NCBI GenBank assembly: GCA_965644295.1
Contig: CBFFRP010000231.1
Location: forward strand, 74,361 to 138,360
Source of the DNA: Paraphysomonas bandaiensis
Lineage: Eukaryota; Protista; Chrysophyceae
DNA: 64,000 bases
Direction of reading: 5' to 3'
Below, piece by piece: positions 50,701 through 63,968 of the stretch (position 1 is the first letter of the stretch; each line of letters starts with the position of its first letter). A program made the translations under genes and the position numbers. The notes under the pieces are model-generated. The model saw only the letters and a program-made list of their open reading frames with translations. It ran no database searches and was not told the origin of the DNA.

Positions 50701-52411
50701 ATCATCTTCCAAGTGAGTAGAAAGTCACATTTGTTTCCATTGTTTGATGGAAGCAGATCTATGAAAGAGGACAGCTTGTATAAACTAGAAAGAATACATC
50801 GACAGAAACTGATGGAGGTGAAACACTGATAATAGAAAGAATTGAAACTGATTTCTTGACAGGTGTTTCAGTTATTTCCTAACCGAGTTGTATCTGTGAG
50901 GCAAGCAGATAAAATCATGGCTTAGATATATATATTTATATTTGGTATTGCCAGACTTCTTGATTCTTCAATTAACTGCTTCCTTGGTATTTTCGGTGCG
51001 GAGTGAATTTCGAAGGATAAGATAAGAACTTAATAGCGTATTTGGGCAGGGGAGAGAAATGCACCCAAAGACTCATCTTCCGCCAAGCTTCATGAGTTAG
51101 AAGAAATAAACCCAGCAATTGGTGTCCGGGGCTGTAGGTCACTTCCCGCGATGTTGTAATTTGTCCATATAACACTATATTACTTTGCAGAAGAGCAATA
51201 ATGAACCCAGACTTTCTTGCCATGCAGATCCGTGCAATGATAAGTGCGTTCACAGGAATGGTACATTAGCTGTGACTTATTCGTTTGCGTTCAGAGGCCG
51301 CAATAGACGTGAAGACTGAATTAAAACCCGTGAATCTAGAAATTCTAGTTCCAATGTTAACCTCCGAGCACGAGGTAAGAAGTTCACATATTTCGCTTCA
51401 CGTTTTTTATCAAATCAAGTAGCTGGATTCTATTATTAAAAACATCAACGCCACTGTATACGAGGTAATGCGTATATTATGTTAGAATGTTACTGTTAAA
51501 CATCCTTTATAGGTGTTCGATGCAGAAGGTGCAACTGTTGAGTATCGTATCGGTGCAGTTATTGAGGTAATTGCAGTCATATGAAGCACAACACACACAG
51601 TATGGTGATTATAACATACAGACTCCGCGAGCATGCCTATGCGCCAACAAGATTGCTAGAACAGTAAGTTTATGACTTTTTCTTAATTGTGTATATTATA
51701 TATTTGTAGGAAGGACTGTCTTTTGTCGTCTTTGGACTGGACCGACTGACCGAGCTTACTTGCGGACTCTCAAGGTACATATTTTCAAGTAGCGGGAGAA
51801 GGGTCGATAACGTAACTGCTATTTTAATAAGAGCCGATACTGAAGCCATGATATCCACTTATAATGTCAAGGGAATTATTCACAAGGGTTCGTTAATAGT
51901 TGTTAACTTATTTGAAAAATAATACATACTTGTCTATGAAATACAGACCCCTTCTGCGCCCTGGACACGCATGGTGTAGGCGTTCTATTGACTGCAGGAG
52001 TAAACTTAGTTCGGTGCGAATATACCTTTAACATGTTTGGTCGTGAATCTTGAATTGCAGCAAAGGAGCGGCCAGCATGCCGATTGGAGTGTTTGGATGT
52101 CAGTGTGGCCACAAAAAAACTGTGAACTACTTTGATAAGCTTAATTTGGACTTTGTAAGTTATCATTTTTATATTTTAACAATACATGCTTATTTTATGC
52201 TAGATAATCAGTTCGATTAGCCACCTCCCCGCTGTTAAGATTTGCTGTGCACAGGCTTACATCACATCGATGAAAGGTCTTTAATGTCAAACTCTATGAT
52301 TGTCGATTACACTCAGTTGTATATTTCACGTTAGAATTTAAGCAGACTTGGATCGAAGAATCTCAGGAAGATTTCCAAGAGGATTTTGCTTCCCATCCTT
52401 TCTTAATTTGA
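47783..52411 (+). CDS. Full-length pyruvate phosphate dikinase (PPDK)-like protein with substituted catalytic residues; about 36 introns (2 GC-AG)
   Basis: Spliced translation: GLKGACL, LGLPVPPGFII, PLLLSIR..AAVDMPSMMDSVLNLG, GTAIVVQNMVFGN, SRDPNTG, IEFTVQSG, GGVTSVAH, ITLDGSTG, WADQYRR, GIGLF, VRLLD, NPAIGVRGCR, IETPRA, DPF..LD..GVG; open to TGA at 52411. Confidence 0.9.
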
Positions 52412-53639
52412 AGATTTGAAAGAGTGAATTGAATCGGGCATATACTTTATTTCGCACCGTATTTTTGCCATTTAGTATTCGTTTAATTTGTTTTTGATTT
52501 GAATATGCTTTTGGCTACGTTAGTTTAGTTTGTTTTTAATTGAATTTTATCATCAATGACGAGTTATATATATATACTATCAATATACACTCCTCTCTAC
52601 TCAGTTGTGCCAGCTTTGAGCAGCATGCTGGTTTAAGGAATACAAGGGTGAAACCGTGATTATACATTATACCAATTGACGAAATTATTATATATCTTAG
52701 TATACTACCAATATTTCGCTGAGCCTATGCATATCAAATCAACTACAGCAGAATATGCCATTCATGGATCAAACATAAGAATCTCCTAGCTTCTTCAAAT
52801 GTGTAGATATCCAAGTCCAAAAGTCACGAGCTTACGAACTTCTCCAAATGTACATAAAGTCTATAATTCCATTGGAATCAAAATGGCATATATACTTGAG
52901 TATTTATTCTCAATGGAATTGTAGCACAAAGAAACTCTCGCGGCAGTTAATTAATCGCATTGTTCTCACTTGATACCCATTCGATGGTGCTTTGGCTCAT
53001 ACTGTTGTCATGGAAGTATTCCTCTATCCATATATCGTTCAATATGCATGGGCTCGTAGCTCTATTGTTGTCTCCTGTCAGGTGTGTACACTGACGTACA
53101 ATGAGGATACTATACGGATACTGCTGTATACTCACAGCAACACACTGGCCTACTCTTCTGCTGTACTGTTGTCGGGTTTTCGTTCCTAGACAGGCAGTTC
53201 TTTTTATATCCTCACAGCAGAGTTGTGAGTATGATGGACTCACTCGACAATTATAGCTTTCTATTATCCATACGGTGTGAACCTTATCAAGGTTTCATAC
53301 TGCAATACAATAAAAATTGATCCGAAGTCTGTTCCAATCTTTTTTTGTGTGTGCGGAGGATCGAACCTCACTTCTGTTACAGTTCTTTTTTGTATTCTCA
53401 TTATCTATAAAAAACACCCATATTTTCTTATATTCAACATTTTATCAGGTTTTCGACAACTACAATCCAGTAATATGGTATTTCTAATAATAAAGGGGGT
53501 TTTCTAGTCAATTCTTGGGCAGTTTGGTAAGTACATTGTACATATGATGCCATCACAGTGATATCCCATCATTAAACTAGAATTGCATTTCACGACAAGG
53601 GATTTAACATAATCTTTCTATTCTTTATTCTGTAATATT

Positions 53640-54034
53640 ATGTCAAAGTTTTTCTCTGTAGCTGCTGGCTTGTCAGGAGCTGTTGCAATAGGGCTTGGTG
53701 CATATGGAGCTCACGGAATCAAACATATGAATGAGAGCTACAGAGATACATGGAAGGTACACTCTCTATTTTTGAAGTACTCATTATTCATTTCATATGA
53801 CAGATTGCTTCACTTTATCATCTTGTACACTCAGTGGCTCTAGCTGGAGTGGCAGTAAATTTGCATGGCAGAAAAAGACAAGTGTGCGGCACACTGTTTT
53901 TGACCGGAATAGTGTTATTTTGTGGCTCGTGTTACACGGTTTCATTCCTTGAAGAAAGAAAACCGTACAGCTATGTGGCACCATACGGTGGAATTAGTTT
54001 GATGTTGGGGTGGCTAGCATTTGCTTTTCTTTAG
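53640..54034 (+). CDS. TMEM256 / DUF423 (YgdD-like) small membrane protein, 2 exons
   Basis: GAVAIGLGAYGAHG, W+IASLYHLVH, GIVLFCGSCY, APYGGISLMLGW. Confidence 0.9.
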
Positions 54035-54131
54035 CTCACTGAATTTCGCTGTACTACTTTCTTGTAATTAGTAATAAGAATATTGTTAAAACTAACGCTG
54101 TACCAAATGTGTTAAACATAAAAACTCATTG

Positions 54132-55998
54132 TCACCTTTTATCATCCGAGTATACACCAGGGGCTACAAATGTATCGTAAAATTATATACAATGGCTTAA
54201 TTGCTAAAAATAACGCTATATATAGACTAACTTATCTAGGCAGATCATCATTTCGGGAGTATAAATATGATGAAAAGACACACTATAAGAGGAGCAGCAT
54301 CTATCTCCTGTGGAATATTGGTCCACCATACGGGGAAACCACTCCTCTGAAGCATCAAACTCTTCCTGAGGATTAAGTGGGTGGAAGGTTTCGAGTCCAT
54401 CGACAGGGTGAGTCGTGGAGGTCGGGGTGATGCCCGCCTAATTTAGGGTGGTCAGTACAACATTTAAACAGTTGGGGTAAAAACTCACCTCGAGAAGGCA
54501 CCTGCCTACCATAAGGTCTTCCATACTACAGTATATATCCGGTAGACATCGAGATGATACACCGGATGGAGGATAGAGAAGATCGTACAGTGTCGCAACA
54601 GCTGCTCGGTTTAGGACGTATCCCGATCCTCCTGAGTGAAAGGACACGTACGCATTCGCATGAACTAGTCTACCGAGATACAAAGGTGTACCTACAATGC
54701 AGCACGTTACAACCACCACACAAAATCATTAATAATATACCAGTCATAGAAGTCGTATTTTTTAATCGAAGGAGACCCTTGAGGTTATCAACATGTACGT
54801 AGAGATCGTCTCCTCCCAATACAAAGAAATCGTACTCATCTATCAGGTCAGAAAGTGCAACCGTAGACCATATAAGTTGTGCCTTGTTCCACATCTTATC
54901 ATAAGATTCCGTCCAATGGTTCGAGCCTTCTTCGAAGAAAAGGTTGTACACAAAATCCATGGATATAGCTCCCAAAGAATCGTCTGTGTGATCAGAGAAG
55001 GCCAGAAACCCATCGCAGCGCCGACCCCACGAGTCCGTAATAGATTCCAGAGCAGCAGACTTAGAACTGAGAGTATAAATCATGCAAAGAACAGTTAGAT
55101 TAGATTCAGCAGGGGGGAAAGTTTGTTGAGACTGAACAACTCCAGCACCATCCACGCCAAATAAATCCTTGACTTTATCCCTACACTCCGACTGCGTGAC
55201 GGATTCTCTTATCGCTCCAACCTTCTTCAAGCTCACCGCTCGTGCAAGTTCACTGATATATAAGCGGTCTGAGAGTGGCATTTCATTGTTGCACAGTTCT
55301 TCCTTCGTGGAACGCTGATGCCGCCTCCAGATGCAGGAGCTACCTGCCACCACGCAGTAAGAGGGCGACTGAGTATATGACCGCTTCGCCCGCACATCGG
55401 ATCGAAAAGCACTGACAACTGCTTCACGTTCACCATCTTCAATAACATCCTTGTATTCGATCGGCCGAATGCCAGATGCCGCTAACATGTGATACAATGC
55501 ATCCGAAGTCATGTGATCCGCAGATATAAGATCCGCAGCAAAGACAATAGTGAATGGAGGGTTGGGGACAATCTGAAGCACGTACAAAAGAAAAGAGTAC
55601 GATGCAAAGAATATTTCCTTTCCGACTAGAACCACGTCACTATGTGATATTCGGTCTATGACTACGTCAATACCATTCAACGAAGTGGCATCTTGATATA
55701 ATGTGGCCACGCGGGCATGGTCCGCCGACACAATATGCTGATAATGCAACGGATTCAAGAGCACTGGAATAGTCTGAACTTTACTCTGGTCGCATATGTC
55801 ATATACACTTTCAACTTCATCTTTCTCCGTTATTATCGTATATTCTACATCAGTTGCTGTGCTCAGACAAACTAAAGAACGTAAAGAGCTGATATCAGCA
55901 GTTGATATGGACGGCTGAACTACTAGAATAGAGAGAGGGTGTGTAACAGCTGGGAAAACAAGCTGAGCAAACAGCAATAGTTCAATTAATTTCTTCAT
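54132..55998 (-). CDS. GT31 glycosyltransferase (core-1 beta-1,3-galactosyltransferase-like) with a signal peptide and N-terminal extension
   Basis: VLCMIYT, DSWGRRCD, DFFVLGGDDLYVHVDNL, PLYLGR, SGGSGYVL, EDLMVGRCL, ETFHP, CCS..SVSFH. Confidence 0.85.
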
Positions 55999-56541
55999 TC
56001 AATGCTCAGAATCTAATCAGCCAAATGGGATGGGACACAATCAGCCATACGCCACAGATGCACCATATATAATCACATCCAAAGCCAGGACTATCAACCC
56101 CATGTGATTAACACTTTATGACAAATATTGATGTATCCAACTTGGTAATACCATGATCTGACATGTGCTCCATTATGTTGGATTACTTTATCATGATGGA
56201 TGCATGATTATATGCACTTGCCAATCCACTCAACTGCCGGTACTGTAGAGTGTAACAATATACAATATACACGATTATACGTTGAGTACACTATACGGCG
56301 GTATACAGCAATAAAAAGTGTGTACTGAAAATACATTGTACTGAAATACGTCTATATACTCTACTGGAATACATCCATAGAAAGAAGTGGAAGAGCGAAG
56401 TGTGTCTTGATATATCCTCATCTTAATATACATACACAGACAGTATCATCTTACAGTACTTCTCATACACAATTCATTGTCCTCATATCAGTATCTACTT
56501 AACTAATACAAGAGTTTGGTTATATAGTAATACCATATACA

Positions 56542-58702
56542 ATGCCAAGTAAGAACAGTCAAATGATTAAAGATGGAAAACGTTTACCTCTCTCTGGTAG
56601 TTCAGTGGTAATGCATTTCTTATTTACTCTTGTGGTATTAGTACCTTTACTTACTGTAATACTTATACCACTTGCTGTTATCTTTACGGCATTGAATTTC
56701 ATTAAAGGATTAATCCTTCCTAAAAAAAATCGATCCAAAGATAACGAACATGTCGATCACACAGGCTCAGATGAATGGAAGAGTAATGTATCAGGTTCCA
56801 GAAGAGATTTTGATTTGGTAAGTTATGAAAATGTATGTATATATGATATTAATAGTGATTATAGGTGCTATTTGGGGCGACTGGGTTCACCGGACGTCTC
56901 GCTGCACTTTATATTGCTCGGCAGTACGGAAGCAAGCAATTTCGTTGGGCCATTGCAGGCCGACGCAAGGAGGGTCTTGAAAAGATCAGAGAAGAATTGG
57001 CTAACATCGACCCGACTTTAACAGATTTATCGCTGGTACTTTTTCAATTATGTATTGTTGTAACGTCGTAGGTATTAATTTCATATTCAGATAATAGCGG
57101 ATTCATCGAAACCAGCGACATTGCAAGATATGGCGCGGTGCACTCGTGTTGTCATCACCACCACAGGCCCTTTTGATCGCTATGGCAGTGACTTGGTGAG
57201 GATGTGTGCAGAAAGTGGTACCCATTACGCGGATATCACTGGTGAGACCGACTGGGTGCGCAAAATGATTGACCGGTACGACGACAAAGCTCGGGCTACA
57301 GGCGCGCGCATTGTGCACTTCTGTGGCCATGACTGTGTACCTTGGGACTTGACGGGTAAACCCTATACGATCAATTGTCATAAGAAAGTTTGACGTGTGT
57401 TGCAGTTATGGAGTGTGCCAACGCCCTAAAGAAATCTGGAGAGACTCTCACTGAAGTATGTGTGATTTAGACTGTGTCGCACTTGTCAAAGTTTGATTCT
57501 CTGCAGGTGAAATGTTTCGATGAAATAAATGCAGGCCCTTCTGGTGGGACTATGGAAACTGTCTTTCATTCGCTAGATAATAGGGAAAAAGTTAAGACTG
57601 GTCTCGGATTCGACCCCATGCTTAAAACACTCCTTGGAACTGTATCAACCTCAAAGACGGTATGTGCTAAAGATGTCTTCACCTATATGCACTTGTGGAT
57701 TGCTTTAATTATATCAGAGTGTTATGTTAGGCTTTAACGCACTGTTTTTAGGTCGTAAAAAACCCAATGTCGCTTGGATATGCGAAGGAGGTTCAGGTAT
57801 GAAAACTAGATATATTGGAGTGTGTGTAGGCGGGACTCATATATACCAATGTCAACGCATGCATTAACATATTAACCTCTATAGTCTTGGGTTGGACCCT
57901 TCTTGATGGCCATGGTTAATGGTAACTGCGTGCGTCGATCGAATGCGGTCAATAACTATGGCCCTTCTATCAAGTATAGGTGCGGGGATGTCTTCCTCCT
58001 ACATGCATGTGATGTGATAATTTGTCGCAGTGAGGCAACGGTGTACCCGTCATTCATGGCCGGCTTTGTTACAATTGCAAACTTATTGGTTTTGGGATGT
58101 TCGTTAGCGGTCCCCCCTCTTCAGTGGTTACTGAGGAAGGTATCGTCTCCGTGATAGTGCATTTGTTGGAATATATAGTTTGTAATGCGCCATGAAGTGC
58201 CACTGAAGAGTCTGTGTTTTTGGTTTGATTGTTGTGTCATGTATAGTACTTTTTGCCAGCGCCTGGACAAGGTCCATCTGAAAAATCTATGGACGAAGGT
58301 GCGTAATCTCTATCACAGATTTATTATATATCCGACGTATCATGGGCTTAGGGTTTCTGAACGTCACGGCATATGCGCGAGGGTCTATGGGCGGAACGGT
58401 CAAATCTGAAATGTACTTCCCGACTGATCCAGGGTACCGTGACACTGTGAGTTGAGAATTTCATTCTGATTTGTATCCTCTATGTAAAAATTATATCTCA
58501 TACTGTGTACTAGGGTCGTATGCTAGTTGAGTCAGGCCTCGCCCTTGCATTGAATGAAGATGATATTGCCTGTCCGGGGGGAGTCTTCACCCCTGCAGCA
58601 AGCATTGGGTCCGTGCTCCTGAAACGCCTTCAGGCCACTGGAACGATATTCACAGTCGATATTAACCCCGCCACAGACTCCAAGAAAAGCAAAAACGCGT
58701 AA
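56542..58702 (+). CDS. Saccharopine dehydrogenase-like oxidoreductase (SCCPDH / trans-acting enoyl reductase family) with an N-terminal TM segment, multi-exon
   Basis: FDLVLFGATGFTG, WAIAGR, GPF..YG, THYADITGE, CGHDCVPWDL, SGGT, DPGYRDT..MLVESGLAL, GGVFTPA. Confidence 0.9.
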
Positions 58703-58996
58703 ATGAAGTTTCGTCGTTGAAACTAATTAAAGTCCAGGATGCTAACTATAACTATGCACTTGTGTGCGATATCTATGAACAGAAATGCATACCCTGTAAT
58801 AAGCAAATTTTAATATTAAATCCCGTACATATTCTTTTTAACATCAATTATTGAAAAATTATCGAAAATTGAAGTTTAAGGTAAGCAAATTGATGTTGAG
58901 ACATCATGAGATTGTCTATAACATATGAACATCTCATATATTATATATGGAAAGATATTTCGAGTTAAAAATATATTCATCTCTATGCTGCAAAAT

Positions 58997-61900
58997 ACTA
59001 ATAATTTGTTACAATCCAGGCGTGCAGTTTTGTTGAGCGGACGGTATATGGGTATATGGTATGTAGATACCGCGTCAGCCCCATAGTGTTTTACTCTTGC
59101 ACGGGTCATGGTGAGACAATGACAGTCTGTTTCGATGAGGTAACTTGCAACACTATCTGTCATCGATATTGTATTTGCGAATTTATTTTTATATATACTG
59201 CATTGCCATCAGCCCAACTCTTCTCTTTGATGTTTAGTTGGGGGCTAGTTATAATGCAACAATATGTGATGGCTCATCACACAAAATGTGTGTTGGGTCC
59301 TATATCATGCGTGGTTACCATCATCTGGCTGTCAGCATCAGTGATAGTTAGATATACGTATCACGCACATTCACGTGGTAGCATTAAAAGCCAATGTTTA
59401 GTGTTTATATGCTGTGTGATGTACTAATCATTTGTTACAATCTAGGCGTGCAGTTTTGTTGAGCGGACGGTATATGAGATTACGTTTGTTGCCTGGAGCA
59501 GAGAAACGATGAGTCTGTAGTATGTGATGTAGCTATATGGTATGTAGATACCGCGTCAGCCCCATAGTGTTTTACTCTTGCACGGGTCATGGTGAGACAA
59601 TGACAGTCTGTTTCGATGAGGTAACTTGCAACACTATCTGTCATAGATATTGTATTTGCGAATTTATTTTTATATATACTGCATTGCCATCAGCCCAACT
59701 CTTCTCTTTGATGTTTAGTTGGGGGCTAGTTATAATGCAACAATATGTGATGGCTCATCACACAAAATGTGTGTTGGGTCCTATATCATGCGTGGTTACC
59801 ATCATCTGGCTGTCAGCATCAGTGATAGTTAGATATACGTATCACGCACATTCACGTGGTAGCATAAAAAGCCAATGTTTAGTGTTTATATGCTGTGTGA
59901 TGTACTAATCATTTGTTACAATCTAGGCGTGCAGTTTTGTTGAGCGGACGGTATATGAGATTACGTTTGTTGCCTGGAGCAGAGAAACGATGAGTCTGTA
60001 GTATGTGATGTAGCTATATGGTATGTAGATACCGCGTCAGCCCCATAGTGTTTTACTCTTGCACGGGTTATGGTGAGACAATGACAGTCTGTTTCGATGA
60101 GGTAACTTGCAACACTATCTGTCATGGATATTGTATTTGTGAATTTATTTTTATATATACTGCATTGCCATCAGCCCAACTCTTCTCTTTGATGTTTAGT
60201 TGGGGGCTAGTTATAATGCAACAATATGTGATGGCTCATCACACAAAATGTGTGTTGGATCTTATATCATGCGTGGTTACCATCATCTGGCTGTCAGCAT
60301 CAGTGATAGTTAGATATACGTATCACGCACATTCACGTGGTAGCATTAAAAGCCAATGTTTAGTGTTTATATGCTGTGTGATGTACTAATCATTTGTTAC
60401 AATCTAGGCGTGCAGTTTTGTTGAGCGGACGGTATATGAGATTACGTTTGTTGCCTGGAGCAGAGAAACGATGAGTCTGTAGTATGTGATGTAGCTATAT
60501 GGTATGTAGATACCGCGTCAGCCCCATAGTGTTTTACTCTTGCACGGGTTATGGTGAGACAATGACAGTCTGTTTCGATGAGGTAACTTGCAACACTATC
60601 TGTCATGGATATTGTATTTGTGAATTTATTTTTATATATACTGCATTGCCATCAGCCCAACTCTTCTCTTTGATGTTTAGTTGGGGGCTAGTTATAATGC
60701 AACAATATGTGATGGCTCATCACACAAAATGTGTGTTGGATCTTATATCATGCGTGGTTACCATCATCTGGCTGTCAGCATCAGTGATAGTTAGATATAC
60801 GTATCACGCACATTCACGTGGTAGCATTAAAAGCCAATGTTTAGTGTTTATATGCTGTGTGATGTACTAATCATTTGTTACAATCTAGGCGTGCAGTTTT
60901 GTTGAGCGGACGGTATATGAGATTACGTTTGTTGCCTGGAGCAGAGAAACGATGAGTCTGTAGTATGTGATGTAGCTATATGGTATGTAGATACCGCGTC
61001 AGCCCCATAGTGTTTTACTCTTGCACGGGTTATGGTGAGACAATGACAGTCTGTTTCGATGAGGTAACTTGCAACACTATCTGTCATGGATATTGTATTT
61101 GTGAATTTATTTTTATATATACTGCATTGCCATCAGCCCAACTCTTCTCTTTGATGTTTAGTTGGGGGCTAGTTATAATGCAACAATATGTGATGGCTCA
61201 TCACACAAAATGTGTGTTGGGTCCTATATCATGCGTGGTTACCATCATCTGGCTGTCAGCATCAGTGATAGTTAGATATACGTATCACGCACATTCACGT
61301 GGTAGCATTAAAAGCCAATGTTTAGTGTTTATATGCTGTGTGATGTACTAATCATTTGTTACAATCTAGGCGTGCAGTTTTGTTGAGCGGGCGGTATATG
61401 AGATTACGTTTGTTGCCTGGAGCAGAGAAACGATGAGTCTGTAGTATGTGATGTAGCTATATGGTATGTAGATACCGCGTCAGCCCCATAGTGTTTTACT
61501 CTTGCACGGGTTATGGTGAGACAATGACAGTCTGTTTCGATGAGGTAACTTGCAACACTATCTGTCATGGATATTGTATTTGTGAATTTATTTTTATATA
61601 TACTGCATTGCCATCAGCCCAACTCTTCTCTTTGATGTTTAGTTGGGGGCTAGTTATAATGCAACAATATGTGATGGCTCATCACACAAAATGTGTGTTG
61701 GGTCCTATATCATGCGTGGTTACCATCATCTGGCTGTCAGCATCAGTGATAGTTAGATATACGTATCACGCACATTCACGTGGTAGCATTAAAAGCCAAT
61801 GTTTAGTGTTTATATGCTGTGTGATGTACTAATCATTTGTTACAATCTAGGCGTGCAGTTTTGTTGAGCGGACGGTATATGAGATTACGTTTGTTGCCTG

Positions 61901-63968
61901 GAGCAGAGAAAAGATGAGTCTGTAGTATGTGGTGTAGCTATATGGTATGTAGATACCGCGTCAGCCCCATAGTGTTTTACTCTTGCACGGGTTATGGTGA
62001 GACAATGACAGTCTGTTTCGATGAGGTAACTTGCAACACTATCTGTCATGGATATTGTATTTGTGAATTTATTTTTATATATACTGCATTGCCATCAGCC
62101 CAACTCTTCTCTTTGATGTTTAGTTGGGGGCTAGTTATAATGCAACAATATGTGATGGCTCATCACACAAAATGTGTGTTGGGTCCTATATCATGCGTGG
62201 TTACCATCATCTGGCTGTCAGCATCAGTGATAGTTAGATATACGTATCACGCACATTCACGTGGTAGCATTAAAAGCCAATGTTTAGTGTTTATATGCTG
62301 TGTGATGTACTAATCATTTGTTACAATCTAGGCGTGCAGTTTTGTTGAGCGGACGGTATATGAGATTACGTTTGTTGCCTGGAGCAGAGAAACGATGAGT
62401 CTGTAGTATGTGGTGTAGCTATATGGTATGTAGATACCGCGTCAGCCCCATAGTGTTTTACTCTTGCACGGGTTATGGTGAGACAATGACAGTCTGTTTC
62501 GATGAGGTAACTTGCAACACTATCTGTCATGGATATTGTATTTGTGAATTTATTTTTATATATACTGCATTGCCATCAGCCCAACTCTTCTCTTTGATGT
62601 TTAGTTGGGGGCTAGTTATAATGCAACAATATGTGATGGCTCATCACACAAAATGTGTGTTGGGTCCTATATCATGCGTGGTTACCATCATCTGGCTGTC
62701 AGCATCAGTGATAGTTAGATATACGTATCACGCACATTCACGTGGTAGCATTAAAAGCCAATGTTTAGTGTTTATATGCTGTGTGATGTACTAATCATTT
62801 GTTACAATCTAGGCGTGCAGTTTTGTTGAGCGGACGGTATATGAGATTACGTTTGTTGCCTGGAGCAGAGAAACGATGAGTCTGTAGTATGTGATGTAGC
62901 TATATGGTATGTAGATACCGCGTCAGCCCCATAGTGTTTTACTCTTGCACGGGTTATGGTGAGACAATGACAGTCTGTTTCGATGAGGTAACTTGCAACA
63001 CTATCTGTCATGGATATTGTATTTGTGAATTTATTTTTATATATACTGCATTGCCATCAGCCCAACTCTTCTCTTTGATGTTTAGTTGGGGGCTAGTTAT
63101 AATGCAACAATATGTGATGGCTCATCACACAAAATGTGTGTTGGGTCCTATATCATGCGTGGTTACCATCATCTGGCTGTCAGCATCAGTGATAGTTAGA
63201 TATACGTATCACGCACATTCACGTGGTAGCATAAAAAGCCAATGTTTAGTGTTTATATGCTGTGTGATGTACTAATCATTTGTTACAATCTAGGCGTGCA
63301 GTTTTGTTGAGCGGACGGTATATGAGATTACGTTTGTTGCCTGGAGCAGAGAAACGATGAGTCTGTAGTATGTGATGTAGCTATATGGTATGTAGATACC
63401 GCGTCAGCCCCATAGTGTTTTACTCTTGCACGGGTTATGGTGAGACAATGACAGTCTGTTTCGATGAGGTAACTTGCAACACTATCTGTCATGGATATTG
63501 TATTTGTGAATTTATTTTTATATATACTGCATTGCCATCAGCCCAACTCTTCTCTTTGATGTTTAGTTGGGGGCTAGTTATAATGCAACAATATGTGATG
63601 GCTCATCACACAAAATGTGTGTTGGGTCCTATATCATGCGTGGTCACCATCATCTGGCTGTCAGCATCAGTGATAGTTAGATATACGTATCACGCACATT
63701 CACGTGGTAGCATAAAAAGCCAATGTTTAGTGTTTATATGCTGTGTGATGTACTAATCATTTGTTACAATCTAGGCGTGCAGTTTTGTTGAGCGGACGGT
63801 ATATGAGATTACGTTTGTTGCCTGGAGCAGAGAAACGATGAGTCTGTAGTATGTGGTGTAGCTATATGGTATGTAGATACCGCGTCAGCCCCATAGTGTT
63901 TTACTCTTGCACGGGTTATGGTGAGACAATGACAGTCTGTTTCGATGAGGTAACTTGCAACACTATCT
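58997..63968. repeat. Tandem array of a 481-bp unit, about 10.3 near-identical copies
   Basis: Equivalent positions recur every 481 bp (59056, 59537, 60018 ... 63385, 63866); the left edge carries an internal deletion; unique sequence resumes at about 63969. Confidence 0.98.

Noticed and set aside
52740-53570. Possible multi-exon minus-strand gene between the PPDK-like gene and TMEM256
   Set aside because: Splice-like signals are present, but I could not assemble a consistent open frame or recognise a domain.
3388-58702. Alternative genetic code, stop readthrough or a non-canonical intron class
   Set aside because: In the genes I traced exon by exon, the in-frame stops are removed by GT-AG or occasional GC-AG introns under the standard code.
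59056-63756. Ten copies of a 123-aa Cys-rich hydrophobic ORF as a gene family
   Set aside because: Recurrence simply reflects unit homogeneity; several variants are non-synonymous in this frame and no domain is recognisable.
58997-63968. 481-bp unit as a CRISPR array, snRNA/5S/SL RNA array, hammerhead satellite or RCC1 repeat
   Set aside because: No unique spacers; only short chance resemblances (CAGAGA, GTAGTA); no CTGATGA...GAAA hammerhead core; RCC1-like words fall in incompatible frames.
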